From contig JBNKBE010000029.1 of assembly GCA_050287085.1 (NCBI GenBank), positions 1 through 64,000 on the forward strand: 64,000 nucleotides of DNA. Reading direction: 5' to 3'. Within the stretch, counting starts at the first letter, position 1; every line of letters begins with the position of its first letter. Positions 1 to 9,815 of the stretch are shown piece after piece. Under the pieces are notes generated by a model. That model was not told the DNA's origin. It made no database searches and was given only the letters and a program-made list of their open reading frames with translations. Made by a program: the position numbers and the translations under genes. Origin of the DNA: Polyangiaceae bacterium. Its GTDB lineage: Bacteria; Myxococcota_A; Polyangia; Polyangiales; Polyangiaceae.

Positions 1-140
1 GTGCCTGCTCACAGGTTCTCTCGTCGAGGCCATACCCGCAGCCATCAGCAGAGACGATAAGCCGCAGGCACCACAGAGCACGGTCGCACCAAGGCTCAAC
101 GTTCGTGTCTGATACCGCCGCTCACCCTCCGCGGCGCGCT

Positions 141-243
141 TCACCTCCCCCGACCGCGCGACGAGCGAAGCGAGGAGCCGGGCAAGGGGGAGGCAACGCC
201 CGGAGGGCAAAGCCCGAGGACGTTGGGTGGGGGCCAACCCATG
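141..243 (+). repeat. Hairpin (REP/MITE-like) element, copy 1 of the repeat separating toxin modules
   Basis: CACCTCCCCCGACCGCGCGACGAGCGAAGCGAGGAGCCGGGCAAGGGGGAGG...GGGGCCAACCC has CCTCCCCC/GGGGGAGG inverted arms. Related copies lie at about 1921, 3100, 5800 and 7546. Confidence 0.75.
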
Positions 244-266
244 AGACCAGCACTGCCTTGTACGAG

Positions 267-905
267 ATGCAAGTCGGAGCTAGGATTCTCACCGCTCAGA
301 TGGCACAGGAGGACCCCGAGGAGGCGTTCCTGCGGCAGTTTGGGACCCCACCGCGTAGAGCACGCGGCGGACTCACAAGTGATCAATTGGTGGTTGAGCT
401 AGAGCGACGCGGGTTCTTCGCTATGACCCGCGCCCAGGCGGCCCAACGATATGGCGCGATCAATCTCAACGGTGGCACGCACGCGGAAATGTGGCCTCAG
501 TCAGGACGATGGATCGTAACCTATCATGTTCCCCCGTCCATTAGGTCGGACCCGAGCTACAACATGCGCCTTTACCGCGCTTCGGGGCCTGCCATCGATG
601 CATTCCAAGTCAATCGTGAACTAGCGCCGATGCTGGATGCCGCTTTCCGCAACCTGCAAGACAGGGGGCTCCTAGGAGATGTACGCACTTTTCACGGCGG
701 ATGGCGAATGCGTAACGTTGGAGGCAGCACGAATGTCAGTGCCCACGCCTGGGGCATTGCGATCGACATCAACGCACAGGGTAACCAGCTCGGACAGGTC
801 CCCACCATGGCGCCCGAGATCGTTCGCGCGTTCACAGACGCCGGTTTCACTTGGGGCGGCGGCTTTACGACACCCGATGGCATGCACTTCTCTTTGGGCT
901 TCTAG
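267..905 (+). CDS. M15-family (peptidoglycan L-Ala-D-Glu / D-Ala-D-Ala type) metallopeptidase domain, probable orphan toxin C-terminus
   Basis: Motifs R-x7-S-x-H-A-W-G-I-A-I-D-I-N and F-x-W-G-G-x5-D-G-M-H-F. The 5' part of ORF 105..905 reads through the repeat, so the start is uncertain. Confidence 0.75.
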   Translation: MQVGARILTAQMAQEDPEEAFLRQFGTPPRRARGGLTSDQLVVELERRGFFAMTRAQAAQRYGAINLNGGTHAEMWPQSGRWIVTYHVPPSIRSDPSYNMRLYRASGPAIDAFQVNRELAPMLDAAFRNLQDRGLLGDVRTFHGGWRMRNVGGSTNVSAHAWGIAIDINAQGNQLGQVPTMAPEIVRAFTDAGFTWGGGFTTPDGMHFSLGF

Positions 906-1114
906 CGGACGCTGCGGACAGCCGGTTTGGAGCCTTCCAGTTGTTGCCTGAACTGGAGTACCTGCCCCGGCAAGCGGCGGCTACAGTGCATTGTGCGGCC
1001 CATTGGGGTTGCGCGGGCACGTCAGACCGAGGCAGACTACCGCAAAGTCAGAGAACCGAAGTTCGCGTGCCAGCTATTGCAACGGCACGTACTGGAGACC
1101 CGATGGGAGTATGC

Positions 1115-1600
1115 ATGAAGTCGATCAGCGTCTTTCTTGTCCTCAGTGCGACATGGCTTTTGAGCGCGCCCGCACTTGGCGGGCAGGAGGTGGGTGAGGA
1201 TACTGGAATGTCGGCGCTCGCAATGGTGACCGGGTTTCATGTTGTCGTTCACAAAGCGTCCGGTTTCCAAGTTCGCTTGCTTGAGGCGGATGGCTCGGCG
1301 AGCGTCGCCTGGGATCCGGTGTCTCTCTTTGTCGTCGTCTCGAACAACGGAACGTCCGATCTGCAGCAACGCGTGTGGAGACTCCCCAACGGCGTTGAGC
1401 GTGTTCGCGCCATCACGCCGACGGCATGCGGTGTTGACGTACGCGTAGAGGTGGATCGAATCAAGGATGCGATGGTTGTCGGCCGAGACCAAAGGACTCT
1501 CCGCCTGTGCTTCCTCTCGGCGCAGGGGTCGCTGCTCAGCAGGCTCTCAGTGGCGGAGCTTGGCCTCGTGAACAGGCAAAGGGCCGAGCAGAAGCAGTGA
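1115..1600 (+). CDS. Secreted hypothetical protein (possible immunity protein)
   Basis: Signal peptide MKSISVFLVLSATWLLSAPALG. Lies directly downstream of the peptidase tip. Confidence 0.6.
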   Translation: MKSISVFLVLSATWLLSAPALGGQEVGEDTGMSALAMVTGFHVVVHKASGFQVRLLEADGSASVAWDPVSLFVVVSNNGTSDLQQRVWRLPNGVERVRAITPTACGVDVRVEVDRIKDAMVVGRDQRTLRLCFLSAQGSLLSRLSVAELGLVNRQRAEQKQ

Positions 1601-1950
1601 TGTTCGGCGCGCTCGGCACTAGCGTCCCCCTGGACGGAGCGGGGCGACGTCTGGTGGATGCGAGCGGAGCCAGTGCGGTCGTACCACGCAGCGCTAGCGG
1701 CTCAACTGGTGCACCGTACAGAATGCGCATCCAGCAAGCGCCAGCGGGGCACCTTCTGCGAGCAGTCTCCGCTGCACAAAGGTGCGGTCCGCAACGACCG
1801 CTGGATTGTTGGCAAGGGGCGGCGGGCCCCCTGGGCTGGTCGCCGGAGCCGCGCGAGCCACGGCGAGTAGACGCTATCCATCGCCAAAGGCCGTCCCATT
1901 GAGCTGAGAGCCGGAGGCCAAGCACCTCCCCCGGCCGCGCGACGAGCAAC

Positions 1951-2557
1951 ACGTTGAGCGCGATCGACGTCGGCGTCGCATCCGGTGTTCTCTAAAGCGT
2001 AACGCAGGCCTTCACGCAGGGGACGCTCTCCTGGGCTTTTGACGGTGGCTCGTTCGACAAAGCCCTATTCAGTGGCCTGCAGTCGAGCGTCTACGGCGGG
2101 GCTGCTCATCGAGGAGTATGTCCACGACATCAACCCTGCCTTGGAGCGAGAGGGACTCACTTTGGACGACATCCGCTACCTGAGGTCGCCGGACACCGGG
2201 CCCGAGACTGCCTCCGTCTCCAACGATGGAACCGGTGTAATACGCTGGGATGAAGACGTGTCCCTCGAGGATCACGTACACGCGCTCCTTCACGAGACCG
2301 CCCACGTAATTCAGTGGAAGCACCTCGGGAACGAAGGATTCAGCAACCGCATTGACTGGGATGACCAGCTCCGCATCAAGGCGAACCAGAATCAGTATTC
2401 CGGCGTGCCGCTGTTCCGCGGCCTGCCTCATGCCAGGTCTCAGTCGCTACATCAGTTCAACCTCACCCACCCTGGTTATACGCTGGAAGCGTCGGCGCAG
2501 GCCTGGGCTGACAACCTCATCGACCCATATGCGGGCGATCCACTGGCAGCTCCATGA
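1951..2557 (+). pseudogene. Degraded pre-toxin linker plus HExxH metallopeptidase-like (DUF4157-like) toxin tip
   Basis: Frame from 1951 reads TLSAIDVGVASGVL*SVTQAFTQGTLSWAFDGGSFDKALFSGLQ, the same linker as 6041-6079. It then shifts frame into a domain with HALLHETAHVIQW and YTLEASA. Confidence 0.6.
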
Positions 2558-3009
2558 ACGTGCGCAAGTGTCTGGCGACTGTGACGGTTTCGTTGCTCCT
2601 CGGCGGGTGTGCGCCATCCGAGGCGGTTACACCGTCCAGGCCCCCCCGGCGATTGGTGCGCAGCTGTCCGCCCCGCGCTGTTGTCCGAGTCGTGCTTGAT
2701 ACGTCAAGTGAGGCAATACTCCTTCGAGCTCGCGCGTGTGGCTCTGACAGCCCATTGGCAATCGAGTTTGTGGCGATCTTCGATGGGCCAAAAGCGGTTT
2801 GTGCGGCAACTCCGATTCGTACGAACCCGGACGGCGTCAAGGAGTGGAACGTATCGCAGGCATGCCCTGACCTGAAGCCGCACGTGCGGTACCACATCGT
2901 CGTCAACACACTGGCCGGAGCGCAAGGCGTCGCTGAGTTTTCGCTGCTGGGGCCCGGCGGCCCCGTCCAAATACACGCTCAGGAATGCAAGCAGGTCACC
3001 TCGAGGTGA
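2554..3009 (+). CDS. Lipoprotein, putative immunity protein (paralog of 5192..5707)
   Basis: Lipobox LLGGC. ATGA overlap with the upstream toxin stop. Confidence 0.7.
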   Translation: MNVRKCLATVTVSLLLGGCAPSEAVTPSRPPRRLVRSCPPRAVVRVVLDTSSEAILLRARACGSDSPLAIEFVAIFDGPKAVCAATPIRTNPDGVKEWNVSQACPDLKPHVRYHIVVNTLAGAQGVAEFSLLGPGGPVQIHAQECKQVTSR

Positions 3010-3341
3010 CGCTGCTACGATACAGCGACCCTGGTTGACGGTTTCAAGTAAACACTCTCCGCCGCAACTCCGTGGGCGACCAAGCCGCCCGTAGCAGTCG
3101 AGCACCTCCCCCGGCCGCGCGACGAGCGCAGCGAGGAGTCCGGCCAAGGGGGAGACGGGCGCTAGCTTGGCATCAAGGATGCACCATTCCGCCCAGTAAG
3201 CTGCGCGCCGCACCCCACGGAAGCCCGAGTGGGGGCCAATCCAATGGGCGCCCGCTTCTACGACCCGCTCTTCTCTACGTTCCTGAGCCCGGACCCACTG
3301 AGCGCGCTGTCTGGGGGCTCACCCCGGATGAACCGGTACGG
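2660..3341 (+). repeat. Approx. 680-bp direct repeat, copy 1 (lipoprotein 3' part + hairpin element + Rhs core start)
   Basis: Aligns by eye with about 5359-6040. The final ~240 bp are near-identical. Confidence 0.85.
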
Positions 3342-3513
3342 CTACGTGGGGTATGATCCGGTGAACTACGTGGATCCGGACGGTCGCTTCGTTGCCGCGC
3401 TGGTGGCTTTCGGTGTCGCATCGGCGTACGCGACGCTCAAGGGGCTCGAAGACGGACACTGGGATACCCGTGTACTACGTTCCGGACCAAGAGCTGCGCA
3501 TCCTGTGGTATGA
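3244..3513 (+). pseudogene. Rhs repeat-associated core fragment
   Basis: MGARFYDPLFSTFLSPDP...NRYGYVGYDPVNYVDPDG is the conserved Rhs core end including the DPxG motif. No upstream YD repeats and the tip is truncated. Confidence 0.85.
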
Positions 3514-3576
3514 TTCCAAAAGTGGGTTCCAGCAGACTCAGGCGCCCCTCATGCCAGTGATGCCTAGCGTTTTCTG

Positions 3577-4962
3577 ATGTACCAAGTGCCCTACTCTGTC
3601 AGAAGAATCTCCCGCTACGGTCAGGTCGTGGTGGCTGGAGCCTTGTGCATTGCGTGTGGAGGCGGAGCCGCTCCCCACCCTCCAGAAGTGCAGCGAGTCG
3701 CGGGGAGCGGGCACGAGGGATTCGAATGGTGCGAGCTCCGGCAAAGTAGTCATCGAGGACCGACCGGCGCATGGGTGCTAGCAGTGTCGAGCGCCGGCAA
3801 CGTTTGGCTGGCGCTCGATGGCGCCTCCGCGCGGCTCTCTCAATTTCTGAGCTTTGATGACCCGCTCCCCCGTGAAAGAGCATTTGTCGCCGAGTGGCGG
3901 ACGAGCTCGGATGGGATGGTGCTCGTCTCCGCTGACGTGGACTACGGCTCTACGACTCAGCGGCTCACCCTCGCGGGAAGATCAGGAGCCTGGACTACGG
4001 GTGGCGGGACCTGGACAGAGAAGGAGGGGAAAGCATTCACCGATCCGACGACGCTTACCTACCTTGGAGATGGGCCACTCCCGGGTGAACGTCTTTCTCC
4101 GTTGGTCGACTGTATGGCGAGCTTCGAAGGGCGTTCGGCCTACCGATGGGACTCCCGGCATTACCGCGACGAATGGGTGGGGATCTCGTTCTCCCCCGAC
4201 GCCGTCGCGCGCGTTCGGAGGGATGGGCGACACGCCGAGCTGGTCGTTGCCTATGAGGGGGGTGACGGACGCCACGCAATCCTCGAACGGACGATTGATG
4301 CCGCAGCGCTGAAGAAGGGCCGCTGGGGGCACTTCACGCCTGACCAGATCGAGCTGAACGGCCCCGCTCTCGAAAGGAGTCTCGGGCCATTCGTGATGGG
4401 TATCAAGGGACTCCCCGGTGCTGCCCAAGAGCGCGAACTGGCCACGGCTTGGTCCGGTGAACAGCTGCCACTGCGTCGAGGCAGCCTGGCTCATTTTCTC
4501 GTGGCCTTGCCTCGCGCTGTCCCCTACGTGGAGCTGATCTATCCAGGGTTGTCGCTCGAGCGATTCAGTGGGGCCGTCCTTGTGTTTCAACGAGTCGTCG
4601 GTGGCGACGTGCTTGAAGTGCCCGCGAAGCAAGCGGGGCGCTCCCCCATCGAGTTGGTGCACGAGCTCGAGGCAAAGGGAATGTGGTACTACGATCAGCG
4701 GGCTCAGCGGCTTCTGGTGGCCTCTTCGCTGGACGGGTCTTCAGAGCGGATCGTTCTGTGTCGCCTCGGGCAAGATGATCGCTTGCTCGAAAGCGCGGCT
4801 CTGATCACCGTCGACGAATTGGCCAGACAGGAGGCGCAACTGCTACCCGTGCCGGCGGCTGCGATGTGCAGGGCACGTCCGGAGCGATGTCCAGCCGAGC
4901 CCGCGGAACTCGAGCTGATACCCATTGGTCCGGCGCGGGACCGACTGAAGCGCCAGCGCTGA
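3577..4962 (+). CDS. Hypothetical lipoprotein
   Basis: 461-aa ORF with lipobox-like VVAGALCIAC-GG. No recognised domain. Confidence 0.6.
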   Translation: MYQVPYSVRRISRYGQVVVAGALCIACGGGAAPHPPEVQRVAGSGHEGFEWCELRQSSHRGPTGAWVLAVSSAGNVWLALDGASARLSQFLSFDDPLPRERAFVAEWRTSSDGMVLVSADVDYGSTTQRLTLAGRSGAWTTGGGTWTEKEGKAFTDPTTLTYLGDGPLPGERLSPLVDCMASFEGRSAYRWDSRHYRDEWVGISFSPDAVARVRRDGRHAELVVAYEGGDGRHAILERTIDAAALKKGRWGHFTPDQIELNGPALERSLGPFVMGIKGLPGAAQERELATAWSGEQLPLRRGSLAHFLVALPRAVPYVELIYPGLSLERFSGAVLVFQRVVGGDVLEVPAKQAGRSPIELVHELEAKGMWYYDQRAQRLLVASSLDGSSERIVLCRLGQDDRLLESAALITVDELARQEAQLLPVPAAAMCRARPERCPAEPAELELIPIGPARDRLKRQR

Positions 4963-5191
4963 CCATCGCTCAGCGCCCGCGAGCGTTGCCTAGCGAGGGG
5001 GCGCCCAGCTCCCGGACCGGGCGAGGGGACGAGCCAGTGGAGCATCGTTGACGCTTGCCCTTCACTCGAACGCCACACGCCGTATCGTCTTGTCGTCAGC
5101 TCGATCTGGGCGGCCGACGGCTCTGCGTTGTTCGTCTTTGACACTGCAGGCAAGGCCAGGCTGTATGACCAAGAGTGCAAGGCGACAGGGG

Positions 5192-5707
5192 ATGAGCGAT
5201 CACGATAGGAGCAAAACGTCAACCGAGCTGAACCCCGCCGTTGGCGAAGGCGCGAAAGCGTTCCGGTGGTTGATCTCCCTGTCGGTCCCTCTGCTCCTCG
5301 GAGCGTGCGCACCTTCCGATGTGGTCATGCCGCCCAGGGCTGCCACGCGACTAGTGAGCAGCTGTCCGCCCCGCCCTGTTGTCCGAGTCGTGTTTGATAC
5401 GTCAAGTGCGGCAATACTCCTTCGAGCTCGCGCGTGTGACTCTGACGTCCCGCTGGCAATCGAGTTTGTCGAGATAGCAGATGGCCCGAAGGTCATTTGC
5501 GCGGCAATTACGGTGCGCACAAACCCGCATGGCGTCATGGAGTGGAACGTCTCGCAGGCCTGCCCTGATCTGAAGCCGCACATGCGGTACCATCTCCTCG
5601 TCAACACGCTGGACGGAGCGCAGGGCACCGCTGAGTTTTCCTGGTTGGGGCCCGGTGGTCCCGTCCAAATACACGCTCAGGAATGCAAGCAGGCCGCCTC
5701 GATGTGA
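5192..5707 (+). CDS. Lipoprotein, paralog of 2554..3009
   Basis: LLLGAC lipobox. Shares SCPPRxVVRVVxDTSS...WNVSQACPDLKPH...GPGGPVQIHAQECKQ. Start uncertain. Confidence 0.7.
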   Translation: MSDHDRSKTSTELNPAVGEGAKAFRWLISLSVPLLLGACAPSDVVMPPRAATRLVSSCPPRPVVRVVFDTSSAAILLRARACDSDVPLAIEFVEIADGPKVICAAITVRTNPHGVMEWNVSQACPDLKPHMRYHLLVNTLDGAQGTAEFSWLGPGGPVQIHAQECKQAASM

Positions 5708-6040
5708 TGCCACTACGATGTAGCGACCCTGGCTGACGGTGTCATATAAACACTCTCCATCGCAACTCCGTAGGCGACCAAGCCGCCCATAGCAATCGAA
5801 CACCTCCCCCGGCCGCGCGACGAGCGCAGCGAGGAGTCCGGCCAAGGGGGAGACGGGCGCTAGCTTGGCATCAAGGATGCACCATTCCGCCCAGTAAGCT
5901 GCGCGCCGCACCCCACGGAAGCCCGAGTGGGGGCCAATCCAATGGGCGCCCGCTTCTACGACCCGCTCTTCTCTACGTTCCTGAGCCCGGACCCTCTGAG
6001 CGCGTTGTCTGGGGGCTCGCCCCGGATGAACCGGTACGGC
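5359..6040 (+). repeat. Approx. 680-bp direct repeat, copy 2
   Basis: Matches about 2660-3341. Confidence 0.85.
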
Positions 6041-6712
6041 GGTGGCTCGTTCGACAGAGCTCTGTTCAGTGGGCTGCAGTACGCGCGGAGCGAAGCGTCG
6101 TACGATACGCAACGTGCTAGCAGGGCGGCAGCCAAGACTCCCACCGCTGACGTGGCGCGGGAGGGGTATCGGACAGCGTGGGAGGCAGCGCGTGGCGCTT
6201 TGGAGCGTTACAACCCGCAGTCGATTCTTTCGAAGGCTCCGAACAATCAGCTATCGACTGGTACCGAGTACGGCGGATTAATCTATGAACGCGGCGGGAG
6301 ATACTATTACACATCTGCGGCTCGCGGCGAGAGGGAAGGTGCCGTTGATCCCTGGCAGCAGCTTGGTGAAGTTCCCGCCGACGCACGGAATAGGATCGTC
6401 GGTGACCACCACACGCACGGCGGACCTAATCCGATTTTCGACGGCGAGGACTTTTCGGGGTTTCACTACGAGATAGGGTCTGGAAGTCAAAGTATGTTGG
6501 ATGGCAGTGACATTCACGAGGCATTTTCAGATCTGACGAAGTATCGTGCGAACATGCTGGAGCCGACGCGATTCACGTCGTATCTCGGAACCCCGCAGGG
6601 TCGCTTCGGTATCTACAATCCGTCGTTGGGCATTGTTTTCCACTTCAGCCCGAACGCGAGACTTCTCCCAGCGGGGTGGTCCGTCTCGGCATCGGCTTAC
6701 TCCTGGCACTGA
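5942..6712 (+). CDS. Orphan Rhs tip with internal deletion and DUF4329/JAB-like toxin domain
   Basis: MGARFYDP...NRYG is joined directly to GGSFDRALFSGLQ, so the DPxG segment is missing. The C-terminal domain has EYGGLIY..YYYT, HTHG and FS..D motifs typical of DUF4329. Confidence 0.75.
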   Translation: MGARFYDPLFSTFLSPDPLSALSGGSPRMNRYGGGSFDRALFSGLQYARSEASYDTQRASRAAAKTPTADVAREGYRTAWEAARGALERYNPQSILSKAPNNQLSTGTEYGGLIYERGGRYYYTSAARGEREGAVDPWQQLGEVPADARNRIVGDHHTHGGPNPIFDGEDFSGFHYEIGSGSQSMLDGSDIHEAFSDLTKYRANMLEPTRFTSYLGTPQGRFGIYNPSLGIVFHFSPNARLLPAGWSVSASAYSWH

Positions 6713-6714
6713 CG

Positions 6715-7185
6715 ATGAGAGCTACTCCCTTGCTTTGGCTGACGATGCTTCATGCTGGATGTGCGGCATCGGTTACGGAGGCGACGCAACCACCTAGCGG
6801 CGCAGCGGAGAGCGTTTCTGCGAGTCCGGAGCCGGCGAGCGGACGGGGCCCAGTCGAGGCATGTCGGCTGGGAGAGCTATCGGAAAGCGTGTCGCTGGTG
6901 ACATTTCGGGAGCTGCTTCGCGATCCGGAGCCCTACTATGGGCAACGAGTGCGAATGCGAGGATATTTCATATTGGCGCTGGAGAACACGGTCCTATTGG
7001 AACCCGTTCGCCGTCAGGAGAGTGTCCGCGTTGACTTCAAGAACCTTCCGGCCAAGACAGCTGAGCAGCTTCTTGCGTGTCGGTTGAAAGCAGTGGAGTT
7101 GCAGGGATACGTCACGCATGTGCCGCATCGTGGAAAGGAGAGAGTTTTTATTCTTGCGGATGCAATGGCGACCGCGAGGAAATGA
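6715..7185 (+). CDS. Lipoprotein, putative immunity protein (OB-fold-like motif)
   Basis: LHAGC lipobox and an ELLRDPEPYYGQRVRMRGY motif. Starts 2 nt after the toxin stop. Confidence 0.65.
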   Translation: MRATPLLWLTMLHAGCAASVTEATQPPSGAAESVSASPEPASGRGPVEACRLGELSESVSLVTFRELLRDPEPYYGQRVRMRGYFILALENTVLLEPVRRQESVRVDFKNLPAKTAEQLLACRLKAVELQGYVTHVPHRGKERVFILADAMATARK

Positions 7186-7348
7186 AACCGCAGCGTTGAT
7201 TGAGCGAGCGAGGTAGCGCGGCGAAGCGACTCGGAGCTGGTCCGAGTTCGATGCGTGGTCGAGAGCGCCGGTCACACCCTCACTCAGATGCCCCCGTGCA
7301 GCACAGCGCTGGCTCCCCCCTTCTTGCGCAGCGATTCCGCTGTCTCTT

Positions 7349-7680
7349 GACGTCTGGTGGATGCGAGCAGGCCAGTGCCGTTGTGCTGTGATACGCTGCC
7401 AGCTCGACGGGGCTGCACTGCAGCTGGGACTCGGTCACCGTTTGCCCACGGGTGACGCTGCCACCGTACAGCGACCCGATCCGACTGTGTCAGGTAAACA
7501 CTCTCCACCGCAACGGCGTAGGCCACCAAGTCGCCCGCATCAGTCGAGCACCTCCCCCGACCGCGCGACGAGCGCTAGCGAGGAGCCGGGCAAGGGGGAG
7601 GCAGCGCCCGCAGGGCAAAGCCCGAGGACGCTGGGAGGGGGCCAAACCAGGCGCGGACGTTGGGTGGGGCCCAACCCATA
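7349..7680 (+). repeat. Longest copy of the inter-module repeat
   Basis: Contains segments matching 1647-1680, 3005-3150, 5703-5850 and 141-243. Confidence 0.75.
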
Positions 7681-7777
7681 CGCAGGTGCTGTCTCTGGCG
7701 CCGGCATCGACACCCCGCCGTTCACTACTATCTGCTTCAGCCTCGAAACGCACCGCTGGGCCCCGGAGTGTTGCTAT

Positions 7778-8425
7778 ATGATCCCTCGCGCAATGCGATT
7801 TATAAGGTTCCTTAGCGTTCTTTTGGCATGCGCCTGCGCTAGCCACCGACCTCCTGCTAGCGGGTTCACCTTGCTTTCGCAGAGCGAAGCCGACGCATTG
7901 GCTGCTGCTCGCCTCAAGTTGGAACCCGCTGGTAGCGCTTATTTGCTTGCAACTGTATCTCCAGCGTTTGCGGGAGATCACGTGCTTGCATTGATGCGTG
8001 AGACCAGCGGCAGTGATGCACGTGAACGGCTAGTACTGCGTTCCGTCAAGGAGGGCGGTCGAGGCGCGCTCCAGAACGAATCCGTGATTTCCTCTGAGAC
8101 GTACTCGCTCCTTGTGGCTACCTGGGACTGCGTGCTTACGGCTCCGCGTTCCCCTTCCTCTGTCATGCCTCGACGTAGCACAGCAAGGCGTTCCACGGTC
8201 GTTAGTCTGGACGGCACGACCTATGAATTCATCGGGGCGCCACGGGGAAAGAGCCCGCGCGCCTGGGCCAAGAACCCCCGGCTTTCCACCCATGCCGGTC
8301 AGCTCGCGGAGATCACGCGGCTGCTGGTCAGCCATGTCCAGGCGGCTTCAGTCCATGGCTCGGACTCGCTGGAACGCGCCAAGAACCTGGCGAATGGGCT
8401 GCTCAGGACCCTGGAGTGCAAGTAA
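7778..8425 (+). CDS. Hypothetical lipoprotein
   Basis: MRFIRFLSVLLACAC lipobox. The upstream part of ORF 7361 is repeat read-through. Confidence 0.6.
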   Translation: MIPRAMRFIRFLSVLLACACASHRPPASGFTLLSQSEADALAAARLKLEPAGSAYLLATVSPAFAGDHVLALMRETSGSDARERLVLRSVKEGGRGALQNESVISSETYSLLVATWDCVLTAPRSPSSVMPRRSTARRSTVVSLDGTTYEFIGAPRGKSPRAWAKNPRLSTHAGQLAEITRLLVSHVQAASVHGSDSLERAKNLANGLLRTLECK

Positions 8426-8716
8426 GGAGGGACCGCCCCCAGTCTTCCCGGTGCGACCCTCTATCATTACCCCCTCACCAACGGCGCCTTGCGTCGATTC
8501 GGGAGTCGTACCGTCCGGGTTGCCGGGCTCGCTCCGCTAAACGTGACAGGTGTATTATGTTCATTTCTTGCCGGGCCGAGCTCCGCCAGCTGGGCGTCCC
8601 CGAACGAGACGGCGCTGAGCGTCGATGGCCCGCCCGCCCAAGTGGTGAGCGGCCACTCGCGTGTGGCCCCGCCCCACACGCTCTCTGTTGCGGCGCCGCT
8701 CCACCGCAGCGCGGCG

Positions 8717-8910
8717 CTACTCGTCGAACAACTCGTCGGCGGTTGTAATCACCGCAGCGCGACGGAGCCAGCGTCTGAGCTGATCGAGCTCCGCTGAATT
8801 CGAGACACGCTCTCGCACCTCTTTGGAGACGGTGAGCTCTCGAGCTTCCAGCACCTCGAGGACATCCGCCGCAGCCATCAGAGCCTGTCCTTCGAGCTTG
8901 CCTTTTTTGA
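8717..8910 (-). pseudogene. C-terminal fragment of an Rpn/PD-(D/E)XK transposase-like (DUF4351-like tail) protein
   Basis: Manual translation KKGKLEGQALMAAADVLEVLEARELTVSKEVRERVSNSAELDQLRRWLRRAAVITTADELFDE*. No N-terminal part is present. Confidence 0.55.
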
Positions 8911-9078
8911 TTTGGGCCGCAATTGGATGAAGCGCTGTTGGGACGCGGTTGATGCAGGATTGGGGAGCAGTCCGAGGCCGCGGTCCGAGACTTTGAGCGC
9001 CCGTCTTCCTCTTTCTAGCTGCCCACCTGACGCGGACGGCTTTGGCGCGTGGATGCAGGCACGTTCACTCGAGACGGA

Positions 9079-9663
9079 CTACTCCTCGCTCTCGGTTGGC
9101 GGCGCGCCGTAGACCGGCGCGGGGATCGCCCCGTAGAGCGGCTGCGGCTGCGGCGCGGAAGCGTCGTCCTTGTCCGGCTCGCCCGCATCGGCGCCGGCGT
9201 CGCTGGCCCCTGCGTCCTTGGTAGCATCGCTATTGCCCGAAGCGTCGTCGGGCATGAAGTCATCATCGACGGGGGCGCCGTATACCGGTTGCGGGAGGTC
9301 GTCGTCCGCTCCCTCGCTGCCGCCCGCTCCGGCGGTGCTCGAAGTGCCGGCGACGGGCGCGCCGTAAACGGGTTGTCCCGCGGCGCCGGCCACTTCGTCG
9401 TCGCCGGACGTGTCATCGTCGACCGCGGCATCGTCTTCGATGGGCGCCCCATAAACAGGCTGCGCCATGTCCGCCGGCTCGTCCGACGAGCACGCACCCG
9501 CCGTCAGGCTCGCTGAAAGCGCAAAGAGCGCGGCGCGCTTGAGGCCGGGGGGCGCCACGATCTGGGGACGTTCAGTCGCCTCCAGCGCGGTGCCGCAGAA
9601 GGGGCATGACGCGTCCGCGGACTTCACGTGACGGTGACAGTGGATGCAGGGAACTAGGGCCAT
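9079..9663 (-). CDS. Putative multi-site splicease substrate (spliceotide-type precursor): CxxC-CxxC zinc ribbon, lipobox-like segment, five P[VL]YGA motifs
   Basis: CIHC..CPFC; KRAALFALSASLTAGAC; QPVYGAP x3, QPLYGAIP and APVYGAPP in acidic linkers. Co-oriented directly downstream of the rSAM gene. Confidence 0.8.
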   Translation of the reverse strand: MALVPCIHCHRHVKSADASCPFCGTALEATERPQIVAPPGLKRAALFALSASLTAGACSSDEPADMAQPVYGAPIEDDAAVDDDTSGDDEVAGAAGQPVYGAPVAGTSSTAGAGGSEGADDDLPQPVYGAPVDDDFMPDDASGNSDATKDAGASDAGADAGEPDKDDASAPQPQPLYGAIPAPVYGAPPTESEE

Positions 9664-9815
9664 GGCAATCGTGGGGTTGAGCTCGAGAGCGGATTATGCT
9701 CCGCGAGGGCGGCCGGGGCCCGGTGAAAACGCGTTGCAACGGGATTGCCGCCGGCGGTGAAAGTGTACACCGAGCCAGAGACAGAGGGCTCGGCTTTGCG
9801 CGTAGCAGGCCGCCC

